DNA of 64,000 bases. It comes from an uncultured cyanobacterium (GTDB lineage Bacteria; Cyanobacteriota; Cyanobacteriia; PCC-6307; Cyanobiaceae). A program made the position numbers and the translations under genes. Shown here one piece after another: positions 52,244 to 59,375 of the stretch. The notes below the pieces were generated by a model, which did no database searches, had not been told where the DNA came from, and saw only the letters and a program-made list of their open reading frames with translations. The DNA is taken from positions 352,001 to 416,000 of the forward strand of contig CAVONQ010000018.1 of NCBI GenBank assembly GCA_963697335.1, in the 5' to 3' direction. Numbering within the stretch: position 1 is the first letter of the stretch; each line of letters begins with the position of its first letter.

Positions 52244-53385
52244 GCGAGCTTCCCGTCCGGGTGGCTGACGCCACCGAGAGCCAGCAGCTGCGCCCGGCCT
52301 CTGTTCAGGAGTTCCTGCCCTCGGTACGCCCCTGGGTGCGGCTGGCCGGCGTCGTGCTGGTGGGGAGTTTTGTGGCCGGCGTGGCGTTGATGGCGGTGTG
52401 GCCCTACCGAGTGGTGGTCAGAGCAGCAGGGTCTGTGCGGCCCAGTGGCGAGACCAGCCTGGTGCATGCGCCGCGGGATGGGCGGGTGAGGGAGATCCGC
52501 ATCCAGCCCAATCAGGAGGTCGAACGGGGTGAGGTGCTGGCGGTGATGGATCCCGCCGATCTGGAGGGCAGGGAGCTGAAGCTGCGGCAGGGCGGCACAT
52601 CGCTCGATGACCAGCTGGCGGCGCAGCGCAGGGAGAACACGGCTGCACTGCAGGCGGCACGACTGGAGGTCGAGAAGGCCCGGGCCACCCTTGATCTGGC
52701 CCGCTCGGAGTACCAGCGCTACAGCCAGCTCGTCAGCAGCGGTGCCGCCTCCCGGGAGCAGATGGAGGAGAAGCGTGCCAGTCTGAGCGTGGCGTCATCC
52801 AACCTGGCCAAGGCCCAGCGGGATGTGGAGCAGCAGCAGTCCCGGGGCGAGACTGCCCTGGCGAGACTGGGACAGCAACAGGTTGAAAACCAGGCGGAAC
52901 GGGCCCAGCTCGGCCGTGATCTCGGACGCCAGCTGATCAGGGCGCCCGTAGGGGGTGTGATCTTCTCCCTCACCCTCCGCAACCCCCTCCAGGTGGTCAC
53001 GGCCGGCCAGGAGCTGGCGCAGATCGCGCCCGAGGGGGCGCCGTACCTGGCGAAGGTGCAAGTGTCATCAGCGGACATCGCCAATGTGGAGGTGGGCCAG
53101 CGGGCCGATCTGCGCCTGGCGGGCTGTCCCTTCCCCGATTTCGGGACCCTGCGGGCCGAGGTGGTGTCCGTGGCTCCTGATGCGGCTGCGGTTCCGTCTG
53201 CTCCCGGTGGCGCGGGGGCCAGTGGCTATGCGGTGACACTGCGCCCGGAGCAGACCCAGCTGCGCTCGTCGTCCCGAAGCTGTGAGCTGCGGCTGGGCAT
53301 GGACCTCACAGCTGACATCACCACCCGGGTCGAGACCGTGCTCCAGTTCCTGTTGCGCAAGACCCGGCTGCTGGTGGGGCTGTGA
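52240..53385 (+). CDS. HlyD-family membrane fusion (periplasmic adaptor) protein
   Basis: ATG overlaps the PCAT stop (ATGA); one TM, GSVRPSGE, coiled coil, IRAPVGG, PFPDFGTL, LRLGM. Confidence 0.92.
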   Translation: MSELPVRVADATESQQLRPASVQEFLPSVRPWVRLAGVVLVGSFVAGVALMAVWPYRVVVRAAGSVRPSGETSLVHAPRDGRVREIRIQPNQEVERGEVLAVMDPADLEGRELKLRQGGTSLDDQLAAQRRENTAALQAARLEVEKARATLDLARSEYQRYSQLVSSGAASREQMEEKRASLSVASSNLAKAQRDVEQQQSRGETALARLGQQQVENQAERAQLGRDLGRQLIRAPVGGVIFSLTLRNPLQVVTAGQELAQIAPEGAPYLAKVQVSSADIANVEVGQRADLRLAGCPFPDFGTLRAEVVSVAPDAAAVPSAPGGAGASGYAVTLRPEQTQLRSSSRSCELRLGMDLTADITTRVETVLQFLLRKTRLLVGL

Positions 53386-53517
53386 TGCTGTGGCGACCCC
53401 CCTGGGCGGGACGCTTCCTCCTGCTGGGCGTGGGATTCATCGCAGTTCAGGCGTGGTGGGCTCCGCGCTGGGTTCTGCCAGCAGCCAGCACAGCCCCATG
53501 GGGGAGCAACAGCAGGG

Positions 53518-53572
53518 GTAAGAGTTTTCTTGCCGCTTTCCTGCCAATCTCTTACCGCCCATCTTGTAGTTT
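53518..53572 (+). promoter_or_regulatory. Operator/promoter of precursor 1: GTAAGA-N4-TCTTGCC-N4-TCCTGCC-N4-TCTTACC-N10-TAGTTT
   Basis: Three heptads at 11-bp period (53528, 53539, 53550) and a -10-like hexamer at 53567; same layout as 54095-54149. Confidence 0.7.
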
Positions 53573-53711
53573 ACGATCAGAACAGTCCCTTGGACTGATC
53601 AACCGATGGGCCAAACATGACCCACGTCTTGATCGCCAGAGGTCGGACGTCCGTCTGTTCAGGCCTTTCTGAATACAGAGTCTGATTTAAGTTCATCAAG
53701 AGGAGCAATCC

Positions 53712-53942
53712 ATGAACACAGAATCCATAGCAGACATGAGCCTGCCGGGGCTCAATCTGCTCTCGGGAGCAGAGAGCTTCATCCACGATCTCAACCCTGA
53801 AGATGAGGCCTCGATCGCGGGCGGCAGTGGCAGGCGCAGCCGTCTGCGCAGCCGCCGCAGCCGCCTTCGCAGCCGCCTCCGCAACCGCCGCAGCCGTTTG
53901 CGCAGTCGCCGCAGCCGTCTGCGCAGCCGCCGCAGGCGTTAG
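53712..53942 (+). CDS. Double-glycine leader precursor peptide A1 with Arg/Ser/Leu repeat core
   Basis: AGGAG RBS; 38-aa leader ending DLNPEDEASIAGG; core SGRRSRLRSRRSRLRSRLRNRRSRLRSRRSRLRSRRRR. Confidence 0.88.
   Translation: MNTESIADMSLPGLNLLSGAESFIHDLNPEDEASIAGGSGRRSRLRSRRSRLRSRLRNRRSRLRSRRSRLRSRRRR
53830..53939 (+). repeat. Imperfect 21-bp coding tandem repeat (RRSRLRS x4)
   Basis: CGCCGCAGCCGTCTGCGCAGC-like units with synonymous variation. Confidence 0.8.
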
Positions 53943-54094
53943 GAGGGTGGGTGGCCAGGTCTCCCAACAGGGGCTGTGCCCCCCGATGTTCACAAGGGGG
54001 CGCGCACCTCTCGAGGGTTGCATGGCTGGGGTGATGAAGTCACCTCGCTTGGCGTGACGGGAGCCCTACCCCATGGCGGTCACGCAGGGGAACA

Positions 54095-54149
54095 GTAAGA
54101 CTACTCTTACCATTCTCCTGCCATTCTCTTACTGTTCACCTGTTACATT
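54095..54149 (+). promoter_or_regulatory. Operator/promoter of precursor 2: GTAAGA-N4-TCTTACC-N4-TCCTGCC-N4-TCTTACT-N10-TACATT
   Basis: Heptads at 54105, 54116, 54127; extended -10 TGtTACATT at 54141-54149. Confidence 0.7.
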
Positions 54150-54300
54150 CCTATTAGTCCAGCCAAGAAGGCCGGACTGGTGGACAGGGCCGAAAGCCGC
54201 ACACAGATCACAGATCACAGAGCACTGATGGTCTTGTTGCCTACGGTTCTCTCCATCGCTCAATCAACCCTGGCACTTTGCCGAAACGGAGGAATACCGC

Positions 54301-54528
54301 ATGAACACACAAACCACAGCCGATGTTGCGTTGCTGGGCCTCGACCTGCTGCTCGGGCCCGATAGCCTCATCAGTGAGCTCAGTCCTGAGGATGAGGCCT
54401 CGATCTCGGGTGGCCGCCGTCGCCGCAGCCGCAGCGGCATCAGCCGTCCCAGCCGCAGCCGTCCCAGCCGCCGCAGCCGTCCCAGCCGTCCCAGCCGTAG
54501 CTTCCGGCGCAACCGCAGGCGCCGTTGA
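54301..54528 (+). CDS. Double-glycine leader precursor peptide A2 with Arg/Ser/Pro repeat core
   Basis: GGAGG RBS; 38-aa leader ending ELSPEDEASISGG (23/38 identical to A1); core RRRRSRSGISRPSRSRPSRRSRPSRPSRSFRRNRRRR. Confidence 0.88.
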   Translation: MNTQTTADVALLGLDLLLGPDSLISELSPEDEASISGGRRRRSRSGISRPSRSRPSRRSRPSRPSRSFRRNRRRR

Positions 54529-54573
54529 GCAAGTGACTGACCGGGGAACTTCTCCCCCTGTCGAGAGCTTCAG

Positions 54574-54609
54574 ACCCCGGGGCTGCTGGATGCCAGCCTC
54601 GGGGTTTTT
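54574..54609 (+). terminator. Intrinsic terminator/attenuator after precursor 2
   Basis: ACCCCGGGGCTG-N8-CAGCCTCGGGGT 12-bp stem (one G:U) followed by a T tract. Confidence 0.75.
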
Positions 54610-54671
54610 CTATAGCCTTGATCAAGTCCCTTGGGGCTGGAGCTTGTTGTTGCCGTGGTGAGTCTGGGGTC

Positions 54672-57164
54672 ATGGTCGTTCGTTTGAATTCGGAGGGCAT
54701 CCACGAGTATTTGATGCATCAGGGTCTGTGCGATTCAACGGATGTCGTTGAAGACGTTCAACAGTTGATTGGCAAAAATATGAATCTGCTGGTTCAACTC
54801 ACAAAGCCTGATGCTCAACCTTCAAGAGCCCGTCACTTGCTGATCAAGCAGGGACCGATCGGGCGATCGGAGCTGCCCAAACAGGATTTTGAAGAGGAAT
54901 GGAGAATTCATCAGCTGCTGGCTGGCCACGAACAGCTGTTTCCCCTGCAGGCCTTGCTGCCAGAGGGGATCAAGTTTGACGTCGCCAATGCCATTCAGAT
55001 CTTTCGATATCTTGAATCGTATGGCGATCTTGGCGACTTCTATGACGATGCCAAGCGGTTTCCCACCAAGGTCCCTGTGGCCCTCGGCAGTGCCCTAGCC
55101 GCGCTGCATCAGGCAACGTTCAGCCGCCAAGACTATCTTCTCCAATTAGATCCAGAGAGTGCTGATGAGGGATGTGAAAAGCCTGACTTTCGCGATGAGC
55201 TTGAGAATCTCACTCCAGAGATCTTCCGGCAGATCTCGATTGATGGTTTGCAATTCTACAGATTGTACAACCGATCAGAAGAGCTCTCGAAGGCCATAGC
55301 TCAGCTGGAGCATGACTATGAACCATGCTGCTTGATCCACAATGACCTGAAGTTTAGAAATATCCTGCTTCATGATGATTGGTCCCGCTGGCAGCCCCCG
55401 TCGTCCCTTCCTGCTTCTGTCCATGAGTTGTGTCTGCCCGATGCTCAGGGCCTTGTGCGTCTGATTGATTGGGAGCAATGGGCATGGGGTGACCCGGCCT
55501 TTGATGTGGGCGCCCTTGTGGCTGAGTATCTGCGGCTGTGGTTAAAGAGTCTGGTGCTCAGCCGCGATGTTGACCTGGTGGTGGCGTTGCAGCTTGCTGC
55601 CGTGCCCCTGGACACGCTGCAGCCCTCCCTTGCGGCCTTCATGCAGGCCTATCTGGCCCAGTTCCCCGGCATCCTGGCGGCGTTTCCCGCCTTCCCAGCA
55701 CGGGTGCTGCGCTTCGCCGGCCTCGGTTTGATTGGGGCGATTCAGGACAGGCTGCACTATCGGGAGTCCTGTGGAAATCTGGAAATTGCGATGCTGCAAG
55801 TGGCCAGATCATTGCTCTGCAATCCGGAAGCCGCCATGGTCACGGTGTTCGGCTGCAGGGATGTTCAACCTGATGGCTTTCAACCTTCTGGCCTTGAACC
55901 TGACCTTGCACCTGGCCTTGAACGTGACGTTGGAGACAGCGGCAGCCCTTCTCCCGCCCAATCCCCACGCGACAAGTGTGAACTGCAGGGCCAGGTGCCT
56001 CTGCCCCTTTGGGTGCAGCGTGGCCCTAGTGAGGAGGCTCTCGCTGACCTGATCACCAATGTTCGAATTGAGCCTCCACTGATTTTTCATCCGGCCTACC
56101 AGGTCCTTGATCTGGTCCATCCAGGGGAACCTCAGAGCACGGGGATGGATCAACGCCAGCAATGCTTGAGCAAGTTGCCTGACGACCTTCGCCAGGCCTA
56201 TCTGGTGCGTCAGGTGAGAAACTATCTGCATGATATCTACTTCAGTGGCGAGCGGGAAAGGAAGGGGCCTGGGATTGCGGCGACCAAGGAGTTCAAGAAC
56301 GATTCTGTTTCTGGACTCAACGTGGATTACTTTCATCGGATCGAGCTGGCCAATGGCGGCACAGGCTTTCCTGACCCCGACTGGATGATCCTTCGCTGGG
56401 ATGGCGATCGTGCTCAGGTGGAAAAAGATGGTCTGCGACTCTGGGTTAATCCCTGCGTTGACCTTGTGAAGGATGAGGCCTTGAAGCTGAGCTCCATCCG
56501 GCGTGAGGGTCCACCATCAGTAACTGTGGGTGCAGCAGTGGGTGCAGCAATGGCTGTGGGAACAACGGTGGTGTTACGGTTGCCCAATGCAGTTTTGACT
56601 GAAGAGAGCTACAGCGCGATCGGCAATGGAGGAGAGCCTGCTCCTGATCAGCCTTGCATCATCATCTACTTCAATATCAGTGCTGAAGGTGCTCTTCTGC
56701 TGATGGATGTTCTGACCAAGGCCCTGAATCTGCAGGGATGCCCCTTCGCTTTGACCATCCTGACTGATCCTGCCTGCTATGGCCGATTCAACAGTGTCAC
56801 CTTGATGATCGAGGCTACTCACTATCAGGACGTACGCACCATTCTCTGTGAGCTTCAGGCCAGGCTTCAGCCCCATCTGAGCCATCCGATTCCCCTGTTC
56901 ACCTGGCCTCTGGCCCCGGGCATCGGTCTGGCCGAATGCCCGCAGGACGAGGATGACTTTGGTCTGTCTCGATGCCAGATCCTGGCCGAAGCCCTGATCC
57001 TGGCTGATGCCAGTCCCGAGTCCCGGCGGCAAGCCATGCGAGCAAAGTTTTCCGAGCGCAAGCTGAACTGGCAACATCCCCACCTCAATCCTGAATCAGA
57101 CTCCCACTACCCACCCCTGCCGCCACGGGACCGTAGCCAGGCGGCGAATGTCCATCTCAACTAG
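54672..57164 (+). CDS. Fused APH-family phosphotransferase + HopA1-like domain protein (putative RiPP maturase), 830 aa
   Basis: N-half: GKNMNLLV, LLIKQ, IHNDLKFRNIL, LIDWE...GDPAFD. C-half: IYFN, YGRFNS, PLFT..LAPGIGLAE, FGLSRCQ, HPHLN resembling HopA1 family. Confidence 0.8.
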   Translation: MVVRLNSEGIHEYLMHQGLCDSTDVVEDVQQLIGKNMNLLVQLTKPDAQPSRARHLLIKQGPIGRSELPKQDFEEEWRIHQLLAGHEQLFPLQALLPEGIKFDVANAIQIFRYLESYGDLGDFYDDAKRFPTKVPVALGSALAALHQATFSRQDYLLQLDPESADEGCEKPDFRDELENLTPEIFRQISIDGLQFYRLYNRSEELSKAIAQLEHDYEPCCLIHNDLKFRNILLHDDWSRWQPPSSLPASVHELCLPDAQGLVRLIDWEQWAWGDPAFDVGALVAEYLRLWLKSLVLSRDVDLVVALQLAAVPLDTLQPSLAAFMQAYLAQFPGILAAFPAFPARVLRFAGLGLIGAIQDRLHYRESCGNLEIAMLQVARSLLCNPEAAMVTVFGCRDVQPDGFQPSGLEPDLAPGLERDVGDSGSPSPAQSPRDKCELQGQVPLPLWVQRGPSEEALADLITNVRIEPPLIFHPAYQVLDLVHPGEPQSTGMDQRQQCLSKLPDDLRQAYLVRQVRNYLHDIYFSGERERKGPGIAATKEFKNDSVSGLNVDYFHRIELANGGTGFPDPDWMILRWDGDRAQVEKDGLRLWVNPCVDLVKDEALKLSSIRREGPPSVTVGAAVGAAMAVGTTVVLRLPNAVLTEESYSAIGNGGEPAPDQPCIIIYFNISAEGALLLMDVLTKALNLQGCPFALTILTDPACYGRFNSVTLMIEATHYQDVRTILCELQARLQPHLSHPIPLFTWPLAPGIGLAECPQDEDDFGLSRCQILAEALILADASPESRRQAMRAKFSERKLNWQHPHLNPESDSHYPPLPPRDRSQAANVHLN

Positions 57165-57181
57165 CCAGCAATCAGGATGCG

Positions 57182-57886
57182 ATGAGAATTCTAGTGGTTG
57201 AAGATGATGCTGGGATTTCCAGATTCATCCAGCAAGGACTGAGCGAGGCTGGCTACGCTATCGACGTGGCTTCTGATGGTCCCGAAGGATTGCGATTTGC
57301 CGAGGCCGCTGACTACGATGCCGTAGTGCTCGACGTGTTGCTGCCTGGTCAGGATGGCTTGAGCGTCCTGAAGAGCCTGCGCCAGCAGGGCCTTCAGACC
57401 CCGGTGCTGCTGTTGACGGCCCTGGATACCGTCGAAGACCGAGTGCTGGGTTTGGATGCAGGGGCTGATGACTACCTGATCAAACCATTTGACTTCACAG
57501 AACTACTGGCTCGCCTGCGCGCATTGCTCCGGCGCCCGCCCTTGCATGCCGATGTCGTGCTCAGAGTGGGTCGTCTGCAGATGGACACAGTCCACAGGAT
57601 TGTCAAGCGGGATGACCATCCGATTGAGCTCAGCCCACGGGAGTATTCCCTGCTGGAATATCTGATGCGCAATGCGGATCACGTTCTCAGCCGCACCCAG
57701 ATCGCCCAGCATGTCTGGAGTTTTGACTTTTATGGAGACTTCAAGGTGATTGATGTCTATATTGGCTATCTGCGTCGAAAAATCGATCAGCAGGGATCGC
57801 CGTCGTTGATCAGAACCGTGCGTGGTGTGGGTTATTCGATGAACGCTCATGTGGAGGCTTCCCCTGCTGAAGGAGTCGGCCCCTGA
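57182..57886 (+). CDS. OmpR/PhoB family response regulator
   Basis: ILVVEDD, VLDVLLP, LLTA, GADDYLIKPF, LSPREY, IRTVRGVGY. Confidence 0.96.
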   Translation: MRILVVEDDAGISRFIQQGLSEAGYAIDVASDGPEGLRFAEAADYDAVVLDVLLPGQDGLSVLKSLRQQGLQTPVLLLTALDTVEDRVLGLDAGADDYLIKPFDFTELLARLRALLRRPPLHADVVLRVGRLQMDTVHRIVKRDDHPIELSPREYSLLEYLMRNADHVLSRTQIAQHVWSFDFYGDFKVIDVYIGYLRRKIDQQGSPSLIRTVRGVGYSMNAHVEASPAEGVGP

Positions 57887-57911
57887 TCCCATTACCTTCC
57901 ATGTTTAGATC

Positions 57912-59375
57912 ATGGTGATGCAGCGAAAGTCCTGGCAAAGTCTGCGCTTGAGGCTGGTGGCCTGGTACAGCTTGTTGGCCGGCGTTTCGATGCTTGTTTC
58001 CGATGGCTATACCTATCTGGAGTTTCGACAGACCCTGCTGGCCCAGATTGACCGTTCTCTGGAGGTCAGCGCAATTCAGGCCCGCAAGAATCTTGACGAT
58101 GAAGTTGATGCGCTGGTGTTTGACCCCCGCCGGGACGCGCCGCTGCTGGCCTCCCTGCTTAATGATGCGGGCGTAGAAATCTATTTGATCAGTTTGGATG
58201 GTTCGATCAAGGAGCAGTTCGGAGACTCGCTCTCATCCCTCAGCACATCCAACCTCGAACCTGGATACCATACCGTCGCCAGGTCCAGTGGGCGTTGGCG
58301 AACCTATACCAAGGAACTTCTTGCCAGTGGGGGTGATCCCTCGGGATGGCTGAAGGTGGCTCAGTCGCTCAAGCCCATGGATGCCACCTTGGCCAGGGTG
58401 TTTCAGCGCAATCTTCTCAAGCTACCCATTCTGCTTGGCATGATTGCCCTTGGCGGACTGTTTCTGGCCAACCGTGCCCTGCAACCCATCGCCCGAATCA
58501 CAAGAACGATTCAGCATATTCGGGTGAGTGGAGATCTCGCCCAGCGCATTCACTACAAGAGCAGTGCTGCTGATGAACTGGCGCGCCTGGCTACTCTCAT
58601 TGATGGGATGCTGGATTCCATTCAGTCCACCTTTGACCACGAAAGACGATTCACTGCCGATGCATCCCATGAGCTTCGCACCCCGCTGACAGCCATGAAG
58701 GGTCGTCTGCAGGTGACCCTGAGCCAACTCCGCACGGTCGACACTTACGAAGAGACCCTCAGGGCGATCGGGCTGGAAGTGGATCGTTTGATTCGTCTCA
58801 GCAATGATCTGCTGCTGCTCTCCCGTCTGGAGCAGAACCACATCAATCCTCCCATGGAAAAGGTGGATCTTGGCCATTTACTCGCCGAGTCGGCTGCCCA
58901 GATTCAGCCGCTGGCTGAACTTCGCCATCTCCATCTGACGACGACCCTTGAGCCCGATCTTTTTATCCAGGGATACCCAGACCATCTGATTCGTTTGTTT
59001 CTGAACCTGCTCGATAATGCCGTCAAAAATACTCCCGATGAGGGCTCTGTGGGTGTGCAGGCCCTGACCTTCTCAAGCATGGTGCAGGTCACCCTTCGTG
59101 ACAGCGGCGTCGGCATCCCCTCTGAGCACCTGCCCCATCTGTTTGAACGCTTTTATCGCGTCGAGAAATCCCGTTCACGCGCCTTGGGTGGCACAGGTCT
59201 GGGCCTGGCCATTGCCCAGGAAATCGTCCATCGCCACCACGGCACGATCTCCGTGGCGAGTCAGCCTGGCCTGGGGACGACCTTCACGATCAGATTTCCA
59301 TGTCATCGCGATGCCGCAGCCGATTCCCATGCCCCTCAGCCCAGGCACCGACTGGGATCAGCAGAGTCCAGCTAG
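57912..59375 (+). CDS. Membrane sensor histidine kinase (2 TM, HAMP, HisKA, HATPase_c)
   Basis: DELARLA, FTADASHELRTPL, NLLDNAVK, DSGVGI, FERFYR, GTGLGLAI. Confidence 0.95.
   Translation: MVMQRKSWQSLRLRLVAWYSLLAGVSMLVSDGYTYLEFRQTLLAQIDRSLEVSAIQARKNLDDEVDALVFDPRRDAPLLASLLNDAGVEIYLISLDGSIKEQFGDSLSSLSTSNLEPGYHTVARSSGRWRTYTKELLASGGDPSGWLKVAQSLKPMDATLARVFQRNLLKLPILLGMIALGGLFLANRALQPIARITRTIQHIRVSGDLAQRIHYKSSAADELARLATLIDGMLDSIQSTFDHERRFTADASHELRTPLTAMKGRLQVTLSQLRTVDTYEETLRAIGLEVDRLIRLSNDLLLLSRLEQNHINPPMEKVDLGHLLAESAAQIQPLAELRHLHLTTTLEPDLFIQGYPDHLIRLFLNLLDNAVKNTPDEGSVGVQALTFSSMVQVTLRDSGVGIPSEHLPHLFERFYRVEKSRSRALGGTGLGLAIAQEIVHRHHGTISVASQPGLGTTFTIRFPCHRDAAADSHAPQPRHRLGSAESS

Noticed and set aside
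53577..54057. Poly-Ala ORFs (53803..54057 +, 53577..54023 -) and poly-Arg/Leu antisense ORFs (53696..53884, 54264..54512)
   Set aside because: Alternative readings of the CGCAGC repeats; only the GG-leader frames have an RBS, a paralogous leader and synonymous repeat variation
54095..54110. GTA...TAC palindrome as an NtcA site, or the heptads as a Pho box
   Set aside because: Spacing is GTA-N10-TAC rather than N8, and the heptads TCYTRCC differ from the CTTAACCT-type cyanobacterial Pho box
53830..54530. Short repeats as a possible CRISPR array
   Set aside because: No constant repeat with unique spacers and no cas genes; these are coding tandem repeats
50099..57164. Cluster as a standard class V lanthipeptide or prochlorosin locus
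   Set aside because: Cores lack Cys; no LanM/LanC, second kinase-like cyclase or flavin decarboxylase; leaders are short GG type rather than Nif11 type
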